A stretch of DNA of 64,000 bases, taken from contig OX597834.1 of the NCBI GenBank assembly GCA_951406725.2, forward strand, positions 17,794,001 through 17,858,000. Reading direction: 5' to 3'. How positions within the stretch are numbered: position 1 is the first letter of the stretch; each line of letters opens with the position of its first letter. Below the pieces are notes generated by a model. The model had not been told where the DNA came from. It did no database searches and saw nothing but the letters and a program-made list of their open reading frames with translations. The stretch is from Octopus vulgaris. Its lineage: Eukaryota. Positions 40,060 to 54,760 of this stretch are shown in pieces. A program made the translations under genes and the position numbers.

Positions 40060-40689
40060 TAATGTCAAAAAAAGTTATTATAGAAAGACACACACATACA
40101 TACACACACACACATTGGTCAACCTGAGGTTATAGTAGAAGACACTTGCACAAGGTGCCATGCAGTGAAATTGAACCTGGAACCATATGACTCAGAAGCA
40201 AACTTCTTACAGCACACCTACACCTATATATGGTTGTATTAACAAACTTTCATTGCTTTTATGCAAATTTAATGTTGATAAAGAAATGTTTATTTTTCTT
40301 CCGTATGTGATCAAATGATCAATATTAGGAACAAGAAGAAGTAAAATATTCTGAAGACAATAATTTCTTTCAAAAAGACAACAGACATTTTGTATGTTTT
40401 TATAATTAATTTATTCAGTATTGGTAGAAATGAAAAAAAAAAAAAATATATGTATATATATGTAAAGAATTATTCACTTTGCCCAAAATTGATGTGTGGT
40501 CATGTTGGGAGATAAAAAAAAAAAATCTATCTTTACAGCCAAATGTTTAATAAAAAATTTGAAGAAGAAATCACAGGTTTGTTATAAAGCAAGAATTAAT
40601 ACATTAAATACATACAACCAAAAGGAATGAGGAGAATATTTGGCAGCAAAATAAATAAACTAATTTTTTTGTGGTAAATCTGACATGTT

Positions 40690-40975
40690 CTATGCATATA
40701 CATACTTATATGTGTATGTATATATATAAATATATATATATGTGTATATATTCACATAAGTACACACATACATTATGTGCATATATATATATATATATGT
40801 GTATATATTCACATAAGTACACACATTATGTGTATATATATATATATATATATGTGTGTGTATTTATTCACATAAGTACATACATACATTATGTGTATAT
40901 ATATATGTATATATGTGTGTATACATTCACATAAGTACACACATACATTATGTGTATATATATATATATATAAAG
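40690..40975. repeat. Degenerate 55-60-bp minisatellite (ATTCACATAAGTACAC...TA-rich), about 4 units
   Basis: Recurring TTCACATAAGTAC core. Confidence 0.85.
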
Positions 40976-42849
40976 TTATGTATACAGTTAAAAAGCAACA
41001 CAAAAATGAATAGAATATGTTGGATAAGTTGGAAGTAGAACGAATGTCTTTGAGATTTTGGATGCCAAAGACAAACATTTTTTATGTACATGCTGACACA
41101 CAACATCACAGAAACTTGCACACATTCCGGGCAGACACGTTCTGTTCTTTGACCAAACCATATTTGAATTACACATTCAACCCCAACACATAATAACGCA
41201 TACAGACTCTCACACAGACCCAGTCGCACAACCCACTAAAACATGTACTAACAGCACCTAATTTATACACAAATCCATACGTACAGATGCACCTTGCAAG
41301 ACGGAATTGTAAATGCACTCTACCATATGATGCCTGCTACCAAGTACACACACACACACATACAAGGATGCTTGCCCAAACATCTTACTGACTCTACTTT
41401 AAAGAATAACCTTTCCTAGCTTACACTCTTCCATGTTCCCCTTCCCAGTTTCTTTTCCCCTCTAATCATTATTGTAACTTGTTTCCTTCACAAGCCCACA
41501 CATTATGTCCCTCTCCGTCACCTCATTATCTCCCTTTGTCTCCTTTTCTTTCAAGGGAGACTATTATCTAAAATGTCACGGTCACCCTATTCTTCTTTGA
41601 AGCATTAAAAAAGAGGGGCAAAAGAAGATAAACTATTTACACAATATTTGCTCTGTAAATCTTTATGGATATGTATCTAGCCCTCTCTTCTTGTCTAAGT
41701 GTGAATGTACAGATACATACAGATACATGTTTGGCAATATATCTTTATGAAAGAGAATCAGTGTGCCCATTACCCTGAAACAGAGCTAAACTAATGGAAT
41801 CTAATATTACATGCAGTGACATACAAGTAAAATAAACCAAGAATGTATATATATATATATATATAACAAACCAGGTGTGTAACAACAAAAGAAGTAGACC
41901 TCAGGACTGTTGGAAATAAAGAACGAAATTCATTAAATGACACCTGTACAGAACACATTCAGAACTCTAATTTCCATATAACAGTTTGCAATACAATTTT
42001 GTAATATAACAAATATAAGAAATAAAAGCCACAAAATTAGATAAATTGTTTATCATACTAGATTAGTTTGAATTATTGCAAATATTTACTTTTCCAGCAA
42101 AATATTCTAAAATAGATGAAAATGTCATACCTTATTTCTCTGTAGGTTTAACTATTCAATATTCAGATTACTTTGTTTAATGCAATGCATCATCATCATT
42201 ATTTTACGTCCATCTTCCATATTGGCATTGGTTGAACAGTTTGACAGAGAGCTGCACCAAGTTCCACAGAAATGCCAACCACTTTACTGAGTGTACAGAA
42301 GTGGAACAGAGGGAGCAGGTGTGGGCTTTGTGCCAGTCGAGGGGTTAAAGTATAATAGAGGGGGGGGAGAGAGCATTTACACATTGAGTGGGATGCATTT
42401 CAAGGCCTCTATCCATTTCCATATATCAACAAATACATAATCTCATACAATAATATTTGATCAGCATCTCTGTGATCCAACTAGGTCCACAACCTCTTCC
42501 TTTCATTAATCTGTCAGCATCCTTTGCTGATGATTTGTCCGCAGCTAATTATGGCTTGAGACTGGCCACAAGAAACTCAATCCTTTCAGTAATGACTGAC
42601 ACAGGATGTCTAAAGCCGCCTGGTATTGAAGTAATCCACTGAATTAGAATCAAATAAGGTTAATTAGCATTGCCCAACAAGAGAATTTAGTGCTACCATG
42701 GGAAAAAAATTTCTACAATTCATAAAAGCAGCTTCATTCATCAATCTATCTGTATATATGTATAAACTTGATAAAGGGGGGGAAAAAAAAAGGATTTTTC
42801 TGCTGATTATTTTCCATTTCACTAATGATTAGATATTTCCAAATTATCT

Positions 42850-42976
<127 letters not shown>

Positions 42977-44934
42977 TGTTTGCATGGGAACTAATGAGAA
43001 GGGAAAACTTAGAAATATAATTCTAAAAAGAAGAAGCCAAATGGAGCTTATTTATAGAAAGCAACTGTGGTCTTAAAGGAGGATTGAAACTGTTCAATGG
43101 AAAGATTATTAGTTGTTTTACAACAATAACCGCAGGAGATTTAGAAAGACAACAATCATCTATAAAGGAAATACAGTAATAGCATGGTAAACTTACAGGA
43201 ACAGTTAAGCCGATAACTATTGAAGAACAAGGAGATATTCATCTAAATACATAATATTATTCCTGGATAATCAAATTAAGAGAAGAACACATTGTGAATA
43301 ATTAGTATCAATTACTGAAATGTTTGACAGATCTCAACTAACGGACATGAGATCAGTTATGAAAGTAATGGTGTGCATGGAATCAAAGAAAGATTAAGCA
43401 ACGTTTGTGGTGCCCCTGCTTTTTCTATTATGGCATATTTTCACCGACAATATAACTAATGTTGTTATAATTATAAAGTTATCATTTCTAGTCTTCTAGG
43501 GAGGAAAAACTGGGAAATTGAACGGAGAGAACAACTAAAGACTTGAATGTTTCCAGAATTTGAAATTTAGTCATAAACTTTTCATTACCAACACTGACTT
43601 GCTAGAGAGAGCAAATCCTAGGTCATAGTATTTGATCACTAAAAACATGGCTCAATAGTCAAAGAGTTCTTTTCTTAACAATGGAAGACACGTGTATTGT
43701 ACAAGAGCCAAGAGTTGGTCATTCTTTGTTTTTGCAATAAACAATAATTCTTCCTAATTTTGACACAAGGTCAGCTATTTTAAGGGGTGGGGATAATCGA
43801 TTACATTGACCCCAGTGTTCAACTGGTACTTATTTCATCAACCCCAAACGGATGAAACATAAGGGCAACCTCAGCAGAACAGTGGTACCATAATCAACCA
43901 AGGCAGAGAAAGGGCAATATCAGCCCAAGGGGAACAATAAACAGCAATATCAACCCAAAATGGGTAATAAGGAGCAATATCAACCCAAGTGGGATAAAAG
44001 GCAATGTAAACTCAAAAGGATTAAAGGGCAATGTCAACTAAAGAGGGTTAATTGGTAATGTCAACCCTAGAGGAATAAATGGAATATAAACCCAAAGAGT
44101 TCCCTCATCATCAATTCAACATTAATCCATACAAGCCACAAATTTCTAAAGGAAGTGGAGGGGTTACAGTAAATTCCAATGAATTGCTACCAATCTTGGT
44201 ATTTATTTTATCAGGCTTCAAGAAAAGGAAAAATAGGGGTTAAAATCAAAGTGTAAAAGAATATAACTAAAAATTTGTTTAGTATTTCGTCCAAACTTGC
44301 ACTATTTCTGTCACTCTCTCAATTTAGGCTTAGCATAAATAATAATAATAATAATAATATTGATAAAAATATTGTTGTCTAACAATAAAAAAAAAAGAGA
44401 AAATATTTGAGTGAAAATTCTATGAAAATTTTAACACCTCACTTTAGCTGGGATTTCAATACATACACCCTCTCAGCCTTGATCCAGCAGAGCATTCAGT
44501 ATGTGACAACCAGAGGAGAGAGAGAGGTGGGGCAGCAACAACAGCACATCGTTGATACCCATTTATAGCTGAGAGTAGACTAGAGCAATATGAAATAAAG
44601 AACCTTGCTAAAGGATACAACATGACCCCTGGGTAATAATTGAACCCACAACCTTATGATTATGAGCTGATCACACTAACCACTACATCATGCACCGAGT
44701 CCTCAGAAGAAATTATCAGAAAAACAACCCAAGGAGTTGTTATAATAAATATTGTTGCTAATAAAAATAATAACATCAAAGGGAACACTCGATTATATCA
44801 GCCCCCAGTACTTGGTATTCTAATTTACTGACCCCCAGAATGAGGAAAATTAATGGATTTGAACCCAGAATGTTAAGTACTGGTACAAATACTGCAAGGG
44901 ATTTGACTCAATGTCTTAACGATTCAGCCAACAT

Positions 44935-45695
44935 TCGTTGTGGCTGACAGATAGAAACCTGAAACAAGAAACTGAATTGCTAATCATTGCTGCACAAGAA
45001 CAAGCCATTAGAACTAAGCTGATGAAGATAAAGAGTGATACAATTCATCCAGAGAGCAAACACAGAATCTGTAGAAAAGGAGATGAAAGCATTAATCATC
45101 TCTTAAGTGAATGTAGTAAGCTAGCACTAAAGGAGTATCAGTGTAGGTATGACTGTGTCAGTAAAAACGTGTATAAGGAGGTTAGCCATATTTGTGGATT
45201 CCAAGTGACAGAAAAGTGTTTTGAACACAAACCAGAGGTTATGATGGTGAATAATAATTACAGGATTTTATGGGGTTTCTCCATAGACTGACCATGAATA
45301 CTGAATCAAGAAGACCAAATATGATTATAGAGGTAAAAAAAAAAAGCGTAAGATCATAGACATAGCAATAGATGAGTGAATATCAAAGAAACTTAGAAAT
45401 ATCAGGACACAGCAAGAGAGGAGAAGAGATAGTGGAAGACAAAAGATGTCAGTTGTTGTTCTTGTGGCAATTGATGCACTTGGCACAAGACCCAAACTAT
45501 TCGAATTGAAACAAGCATTGTCAACCTGCAGAAAAGTGTCATCTGCATTCTGCAAGAATCTGAAGAAAAATTTTTGAGATTTTAGGAGACTTATTGTTGA
45601 ATGTCCAGTTAACCATATCAAAGCTGCAGAATTACATGCCTGTTAATTAAATTAGTATATAATAGCTTTTGAATAATAATAATGATAATAATAAT
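44935..45695 (+). mobile_element. Decayed 3' end of an R4/Dong-like non-LTR element (zinc knuckle plus restriction-like endonuclease region)
   Basis: ETE..IIAAQEQAIRT, RIC...ESINHLLSEC..LA..EY..R.D, ILW.F.I; ends at (AAT)n. Confidence 0.75.
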
Positions 45696-45696
45696 G

Positions 45697-45915
45697 CTTT
45701 CTACTATAGGCACAAGGTCTGAAATTTGATGGGGTGGGGTTGGGCTAGTCAATTACATTGACCCCCAGTGCTCAACTGATACTTATTACTTCCACCCGGA
45801 AAGGATGAAAGGCACAGTTGATCTTAACAGAATTTGAACCCAAAACATAAAACCAGGAGAAATACTGCTAAGCATTTTGCGCGGCACACTAACAATTATG
45901 CCAGTTTGCCACTTT
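45697..45915 (-). mobile_element. SINE family B copy
   Basis: Same consensus, between (AAT)n tracts. Confidence 0.8.
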
Positions 45916-48900
45916 AATAATAATAATCTGTTTCCTTTCCCTCCAGTATATCATTGCTAATCATAAGTAACACCCATAGAAAAACATCCAACTTGCTGTT
46001 GCTTGGAGAGACTTGGAACATCTTGTAGCAAACAAAGCAACAAAAATATAAAATGATAATAATAGCAATAGCAGCAACAACAACAGATAAAAGAAAAGAT
46101 GACCATTAATAGTACAGCAATGTACTACTTGTGAAAATAAAAACAATGGTAAGCTTCAGAAAATATAAAAATGGGATAACTTGTAATAACACTGATTAGA
46201 GAGGTCACCAACAATAGATTTAGCAGGAACAGAAATGTTATATAAGAATAACAACAACAGGGCATTTATAGAGAATAAATCAATAAAATAGCAGAGACTG
46301 CAGTAAATTTGGTGCCTAAACCATTTGTTACCATTTTTCTACTGAAATACACTGCATTTGTTTCAATTAATTTTGAAAATAATGAAGAATTTAATAAAAT
46401 AACTGTCACTATTCGACTGGCGTTTGGAACAGAAGTTGACAAGAAATTTTTAAGGAAGGTTTTTAAAACTAAGATCATTCTGAAGAAAGAAGTTTGTATC
46501 AAAGAACCATGGGTGTTCTCGGACAGGTTTGTATCAAAAGGGTTAAACTACTGGATGCCATGACCACATGGGAAAGATGTCAGTTGTTCTGACTCCACAT
46601 CAGATAAACTCAAGTTGTGAAAAGACAGGCCATGAGATGTTTTGGCATAGCTATTTGGACGTCGCTGATTTGACTCAGACTTATTTCACAAACAGCCACA
46701 CCCAGCCATCTCACTCCAGAAAAAAAAAAAAAGACATGGAAATTTAGATATTTTTGTTAGCTTTTTTTTAGAATTATATATAAATTGAGATTTGAAATTG
46801 TTAAAATTGAGACATTTAAAATTGAGACATTTTTTCATGTTTAAAAAATTTTTTAAGGGGAAGTTGAAATTTGAATATTAATAAAAAAAAAATTGATTTA
46901 AATTTTAAATTCAGGTTTGAAGACCACTTTTTCTATTACTTTTTTTTAAAGCCTTAAAAAATTTAATTCAAATTTTTGAAATTTTTCAATTTTGCCAGTT
47001 TAAAAACTAAAAGAAAAAGACAAAAAAAAAAAGAATCTGATTTTGGAACAATGGAAAAAGGTAGAAATAAGAAATATTAAAAAATTCACATACCTGATAT
47101 AAAAAGATATTGCTGCTGCTCAACTGAAGCAGATGGACATTGTGTGTTTAATTAGTGGTCAAGTGGTGGAGAAACTAATTTAAACTTTACAAAATAGTGA
47201 AGCAACCACCTCTACAGGGACACTTCTAGATGGTTGATCTACCTGATAGAAATAGCAATTGATCTACCTTTGACAAAAATAGCAGTTGAACTGGCTCATT
47301 AGCAATCTTAATTATTTCAATGGGAACAATATAACAGAAAAATAATTAACAATCTTTTTATTAATCAAAAACGTTTTTGTTGTTGTTTGGCACTAGGTAA
47401 ACTCTGACTGAGCCAACTTATGATCAAAAGCATTCCAACTGTGACCACCTCCATCTGTTTAAAAATACATCTAAGACTACAATATTTAAACCGGCCAAAA
47501 GTATTCTGCCTTTTTTATGTTCAAACTGGCCTGATCTGATCTCTCACACCAACCCTACAATATCGTTTTAAAAATGAACAGCTACCTCATCAAAATCTCA
47601 AAACTACAAAATAATGTATAACTAGTTCAAAACAAAGTGGATGAAAAAGCATTAATTTTGGTAGAATAATGCGAACACTAAAGGGTTAATGTGTCCTTTA
47701 CAATTTTAAGACAAAAAAGAAATGGTGGGGGTTGAACTGACGTACAAATATAACATTGACTTTTCAGACAGTGATGGTCCAGAGCCTCTTCTGATCTGCA
47801 CTAATTAATGAGCAGGAACTGCAGATTCATGCAGCTGCCGAACTAGTTTACCAGGAAGCCCTGTTTCACATTACCTGTCACAGTACAGTATTAATAAGCT
47901 TGTATCACTTATACTAAAGTACAACTACCTGTATTTCATTTAATTCTTTAATTCTTGATTATCATCTGGTTAAGAAAAATCAGTAATCAGAAAAAGCTTT
48001 GGGAAGCAACGGTTCCAGAATATCAATATTTTGTACCTATATTTGACTGGTACCTGCTTTATCTACCCACAAAATATGGAAGGTAATGTTCACCTAATAT
48101 TAATGACTTATTTGTCACAAGGGTGAACAGAAGTAAAAAAAAACAGTACAAATAGTGAAAACAAGACAAAAAGAAAGAACTGATAGCATTTACTTATTTT
48201 ATGCACTATTATACTACTGAATACTGGGTCATTGGATGCTTAGCTATCACATGCCTTACTGCTTTTCAAAAGATATATTGTTATTCTTTAATCCCTGGCC
48301 AACTATGATCGTTAAAAGTGTTCCAGCCATGACTATCCTGTTTTTTATTTCAGACATTGTATATCCAGGGCTACATTATGCAATGTGTCTTGTCTTTTTA
48401 GAAAATGCTGGGATGGGATTTGAAGGAGATTTTGCTACTATTTCTACCAGGTCAAGCCACCACACAGTTTCCCTCATTAAATCTTATGTATTATGAAGAC
48501 ACTAAAAGGGATTAGTTCAATCCAAGGATGACCCATTTTGGGAATTTTTTCTGAAATTTGCCGAATGATATGTTTAATAAAAAAAAAAAGTAGGGGAGCG
48601 GTAATAAAAAACGATTCATTAATTACCGCCTACGTTGAGGCAAGGTGGTTGTGAAATACATTTTATCAGAAATAACCATTGTTTTTCAAAAACATCGTTT
48701 GGAATAAACATCTTTAAAAGTTTAAATATCATATAACAGTGAATTAAAATAAGAAAAAAAAAGGAAGAAAAACAATAAAAATTTGTATAAACTAATGAAT
48801 GTGATCAGTTTTGGCTTTGAAATTATTAAAATGATTTTGGAAGTGAAGACTCAATTAGGTTCCCTAAAAAGTTGATCAATCCCTTAAGTCATAGGGCTTA

Positions 48901-49139
48901 TTTTAATAAGATTGCCATTTGAAAATATGGGAACAAAATGTAAATAAGTTTCCTCTTGAAATTATTATGAGGTTGCAAAACTGTACAATAATAGAAATTG
49001 TCAAATACCCAAAAAGGAATAAAATGCAAAACTGAAGCAAATCTGATGACAGAAAACATTTTAAGATTAAGAAGAAGAAGAAGAAGAAGAAGAAAAAAAA
49101 AACAAACAAATAAGAACTAATAATAATAATAATAACAAT

Positions 49140-50390
49140 AATGGTTTCAAATTTTGCCACAAGGGTAGCAATTTTGGGGGAGGAGATGAGCTGATAACAT
49201 CAACCCCAGAGTTTAACTAGTACTTATTTTATGGACCCTGAAAGGATGAAAGGTAAAGTTGACCCCGGCAGAATTTGAACTCAGAACGTAAAGACAGATG
49301 AAATGCCACTAAGCATTTTGTCCAGCATGCTAACGATTCTGCCAGCTTGCCACCATCTAATAATAATAATAACGATAATGGTTTCAACTTTTAGGCACAA
49401 GGCCAGCAATTTCAGGGTGGAAGTAAGTTGATTTAATTGACCCCAGTTCTTATTTTATTGACCCCGAAAGGATGTAAGGCAAAGTCAACCATGGTGGAAT
49501 TTGAACTCAGAACATAAGGAATATTTGAACTCGGAACATAAGCCATTTTGTCTGGTGTGCTAACAATCCTACTAGCTTGCTACCTTCCTTTCTATCATAG
49601 GCACAAGGCCTGAAATTTGGGGGAAGGGGGGGCAGTTGATTACATCGACCCCCAGTGTTTAACTGGTACTTAATTCATCGGCCTTGAAAGGATGAAAGGC
49701 ACAGTTGACCTCGGTGGAATTTGAACCCAGAATGTAAGGCTGCCTCTGAGTATTTTGTTCAGTGTGCTAACGGTTCAGCCAGTTTATCATCTTAATAATA
49801 ATAATAACAATGACAATTGTTTCAAAATTTTAGCCCTAGGCCAGTAATTTGGAAGGGTGGGACAAATCTATAACATGAACTCTGCCAGTACTTGACTGGA
49901 ACTGAGAGCAGGAAGAAATGCCAATCAGCATTTTGTCTGATCTGCCAGAGATTCTGTCAGCTGGGCTGAAATTTTAGCACAAAATTATCAATTTCTTCTT
50001 GTGGAGGTGGGGATGAGTCGATTACTCAACCCCAAGGTACTGATTTTATTTTCTCCAAAAGAGCTAAAGACAAACTCAACCTCACAAGAAATTTGAACTC
50101 TGAACATAAATATGGACGAAATGCCGCTAAGCATTTTGTTCAGCATGGTAATGATTCCTACAATAGGCACAGGGCCTGAAATATTTTTGGGTGGAGGGAG
50201 GGGATAGTTGATTACATTGACCCCTACTCCCACCATCAGTGCTCAACTGGTACTTGTTTCATCAAACTTGAAAGGATGAAAGGCAAAGCCGACCTTGGTG
50301 GAATTTGAACTCAAAGCGTAAAAGCAGACAAAATGCTTAGCAGCATTTTGTTCAGCATAGTAATGATTCTGCCAGCCAGCCACCCTAATG
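49140..50390 (-). mobile_element. Cluster of about 6 co-oriented SINE family B copies
   Basis: Repeated GAATTTGAAC(T/C)CAGAA and AAGGATGAAAGG blocks, several separated by (AAT)n. Confidence 0.82.
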
Positions 50391-51540
50391 ATAATAATAA
50401 TAATAAACAATAATAATAATAATAAAAGCAAGTAAGGCACATTAGTGGAGAGAAATATTCTCCAATCCCAACAATTCCAAACACAAAAAAATTCTTAAAA
50501 TTTTGCCATAAAATAAAAAAATTCTACCATTTTACTAGGTGTGTATTTATATTTGTCTTTTTTGTTTTGTTTTTTGTTTTTGCAAAACAGGAATGATAGA
50601 AGAAATGGGAAGTTGTCATGTTTTATGCTTCACCCAAGGATATTTTTATTTTTTAATTAAAAGAAAGCAGTCTGCCACAACAAGGAATTCAAAATGTCGT
50701 AGAATTGGTTCTTATAGAAATCAAAGTAAAAGAATGATTCCCAAAGCAAGGAAAAGTTTAAATTAAGATTCCACCCCGAACTTTCTTGGATAGTAAACTT
50801 GTTTGTTATTTTAAGAATTTCTTTTATTTATGGGCAGCATTAACAGTAATTAGTTTTTATTAATGTTAAGCAATGGTAATAATTTCTTTTTATAACTGAT
50901 AACCATTAATGTTAACTTTATGAAGGATAATTAGTAATGGTAATCATTTTTATTAATATTAACAAATAATGTTAACTATCTTTGCAAAGGATGACTAGTA
51001 ATGTTAACTAGTTTTATTAACCTTAACCATTGAAAACAGTAAAATGTTTATTTTTTAATTATAAAAGGTTTTAAATTCTGGTACCTTCAAGTTAGGGGTT
51101 GGCTATGGTTGATTAAAATGCCTAACAGTTGAGAGAATAGTGAGGGAAGAACAAAAGGTGTACAGTTATAATTGTATATCAACAAAGTGAAACACCAATG
51201 CCAGGGTGTGGGGTACTAATAGATGGGTACATTCCGTTGTAGGCATTCAAGCCAGGTCATCTTATTGAAGAGAGGAAAAGCACTTCAAAACAAAAAGGGG
51301 TCAATGCTAAAACTGTGTATTAACACCACCACTGGGATCTTGGGTATTTTTAATTGAGTGCATAAGGGCTCCAACCTGACAAGAACTTCTTCCAACCAGT
51401 CACAGGGTCTCTGGAAATGACATTTCAAGTCTTGATTAAGCACCCCCACCTCATTCAGTCATTTTTGTGTCATTTCAACAGTTTTCTCTCCTCTCCAGAA
51501 ACCTAAGTGATGTCCATTCTGTCGGAAGCATTTTTCAGAC

Positions 51541-51813
51541 CAATGGTTCCCAAAGCTTTTTGGGGCTGCTGCATATTTGGCATGGAGGTCACATTCCTAG
51601 TGCCCCCTACCATCACTCATCACCACCTCAAACACCGACCATTTTCTGCATCAAATTCAAAACAACCTTATTTCACAAATAAAACTTAAACTAATTAACC
51701 CATTATTTTGTTGTTTTGACATCCATTGCCCCCGTTTGGCCATCCCAATATCGCACCACTTTGGTTCAATGCCATCCCACTGGAAGCAGTACCACCCTCT
51801 TTGGGAACCACTA
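51541..51813. mobile_element. hAT-like MITE
   Basis: TIR CAATGGTTCCCAAAG/CTTTGGGAACCACTA; 8-bp TSD TTTCAGAC/ATTCAGAC; weaker relative at 18406-18748. Confidence 0.75.
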
Positions 51814-51899
51814 ATTCAGACCTAGTCTTTCCCTCTCTCTCCCACCAGCCAGGTCTTGTAAAGCACTGTACATCCATCTTAACTAAGCAATAAAAATAT

Positions 51900-52280
51900 A
51901 AACATGTTTATACACAAAAAGATGCACCACTGCATAGTGCCAAGGACTCCAAATTTGCCATCAAGATGTAGGACAAGATACTGTGATAGCCTGGGCTTCA
52001 GAGGCCCACAGCTCTTCAATATCCTCCCGAAGAACCTGAGAGACCTGCATTGGGTGGATGTATTTAAAATAAAACTGGATCTCTTCCTTTCAGGTGTCCC
52101 AGATGAACCAACTTCACGGCAGGAGGTGCAGATGAGGGCAGCTGCATCGAACTCTCTCATGCACCAAATGGCAATTGCTAAAAAGCATTCGTGAAGTAAA
52201 ATCATGTAGCAACACCAAATGGCGGTGCCCCAGCATGGCCACAGCTTGTGAGCTGAAACTAAATAAAATAAAATAAAAAT
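51900..52280 (+). mobile_element. 3' end of a CR1/L2-group LINE with stem-loop tail and (AAATA)n
   Basis: SLGFRGPQLFNILPKNLR...FKIKLDLFLSGVPDEP..RAAASNSL ORF2 C-terminus. Confidence 0.75.
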
Positions 52281-52693
52281 ATGAGGAGTGCTACCTAATT
52301 AAATATTTACCATACAAAGACACAGCAATGATGGAGAGAATTTTGACCATAAAGCTGGTGGAAATATGAATTTACAGAACAGGTGAATTGGTCCCTAACT
52401 TCGTCATAAATCATTGCATCTCTTAGTTTGTAAAGATATTCTAACTTCTTGGTAATTGATAGGCTCAGCAGAGTATTGCGAGTCCTGTGGTTAAGACCAG
52501 GAGGCAGCAACAGCTGCTGTCTAATACATTCATAAGACAAAGGCAAATGAGGGAGTCTCTGTACCATTGTTAGACCTGCTAGAAATATAAGCCAAAGGCT
52601 GTCTGCATACATATGACATTCACAAGATAGAGCTAGTCTTAATATCATTGCTAGACCTGCTACGAATAAAAGTTAAAGTCCTCTAAAATTATA

Positions 52694-52911
52694 TCTCTTT
52701 CTCTTTCACTTGTTTCAGTCATTTGACTGCGGCCATGCTGGAGCACCGCCTTTAATTGAGCAACCCGACCCCGGGACTTATTCTTTTGTAAGCCCAGTAC
52801 TTATTCTATCGGTCTCTTTTGCCGAACCGCTAAGTGACGGGGACATAAACACACCAGCATTGGTTCTCAAGCAATGCTAGGGGGACAAACACAGACACAC
52901 AAAAACACACA

Positions 52912-52954
<43 letters not shown>

Positions 52955-53113
52955 GGCTTCTTTCAGTTTCCGTCTACCAAATCCACTCACAAGGCTTTGG
53001 TCGGCCCGAGGCTATAGTAGAAGACACTTGCCCAAGGTGCCACGCAGTGGGACTGAACCTGGAACCATGTGGTTGGTAGACAAGCTACTTACCACACAGC
53101 CACTCCTGCACCT
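52694..53113 (-). mobile_element. SINE family A, full-length, CpG-rich copy
   Basis: A/B boxes at about 53045-53110, internal (TA)n, tail hairpin CAGTC-AAAT-GACTG. Confidence 0.88.
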
Positions 53114-54344
53114 ATGCTACTGGTTTTTTTTTAAATAAAGTATAAAAAGAAGAGTAGAATTCATTAATATTAGATATACAAGGTGAGATGGTCCTAACTG
53201 CAACTCCTTTGATCATAGGTTGAGCAATTAGGGCTGACCTAGGCTAAACAATAACACAGATGCACACACACACAAAGAAAAATTAAATGCAAAGAGAGGG
53301 TCTATAAGTGACCCTGAGGAAGATAGCAAACCTTAATTGAAGAAAGGAAGACCAGAAGGAGGAAGGGATTATATGCAGCAACCTGTACTGTGGGAGTAAG
53401 TTAGATGATGATGATGATGGCAGAAACCATGGTAACTTAATGTTAGGTTCTATTCGTTAAAAATCGTCCTTTACAAAATACAATTTGCTGAGATGTTAAT
53501 AGCAAGTTTTTCCTTGAGGGGTGGGGGGGAAAGGTTCTTTAATATTCCTTATATTTCAGTCTAGGATTAAACTAATGAAAATAAGGTAAAAAATGTTCCA
53601 TTTCCAAATAAGAGATTTATAGTAATAAAAACGACAATCCTATTAAAGTGCTTATAAAGCCAGAAAATATTAAACAGATTATCTCTAATCTGTTTGGAAG
53701 TAAAATGGTAGAATTTCTTGTTGGGCACCTCTGTTATAGAAAATATTACTAAATCAATATTTTCTATTTAATAAAAAAAACAAATAAACAAAAAAAAACA
53801 GTAAATAAAAATATCCATTGCTAAACAAAACAAATAACATTAACTTGATAATCAAAGGTGAAAACTAATTGCACCGTAAAATATAACAACAATAATAAGA
53901 GATTATAAATTTGTTCTCAAAGTTAAAACATCTGAAATAGTTTCTCCATTTATTTTACATTGCTGTTTCATGGTGGTTTTGTTTGTTTTCCAAATGCAAA
54001 ACAGCTTTTTTTAAGTGGACTTACAAGTGTTCCCAAGGATATATGAAAAGTAAAATGACTATATTTTTTTTTCTTTTACAATTTTTGTTTTTAATTTAAA
54101 CCAATGAAATTAGATGAAAACAATGACAAACTGTCAGAGTGAAGTCTACAAGATACAGAGTGTTGCAAACAAATAAGATTTCATTTATGGATAGAGATCT
54201 ATTATTGGCTTTTGTAGACATAAGTCACCATATATTTCAGCATAAGAGAAAAAATATAGTGAAATTCAAAACAATAAGATATTTACTTTATTTATAAATA
54301 ATGGATCTATTATTGGATTTTGCAGACAGAAATAACTCACGTGT

Positions 54345-54501
<157 letters not shown>

Positions 54502-54560
54502 CAAGGAAAAATTATAAAAAGCAGAATGCTAAATTGAAGGTAAATTTTAATAAAAATGGG

Positions 54561-54760
54561 TACTCTTTACTCTTTTACTTGTTTCAATCATTTGACTGCG
54601 GCCATGCTGGAGCACCGCCTTTAATCGAGCAACTCGAGCCTGGGACTTATTTTGTAAGCCCAGTACTTATTCTATTGGTCTCTTTTGCTGAACTGCTAAG
54701 TAATGGGGACATAAACACACCAGCGTCGGTTGTCAAGCAACGCTAGGGGGACAAACACAG
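54561..54760 (-). mobile_element. SINE family A 3' fragment
   Basis: Matches 52700-52895. Confidence 0.8.

Noticed and set aside
41740-41795. Possible third hammerhead (ATGAAAGAGAAT...ATTACCCTGAAAC)
   Set aside because: Core and stems too degenerate to support
48503-48888. Possible Kolobok-like TIR pair (AAGGGATT.GTTCAA)
   Set aside because: Match too short and imperfect to call
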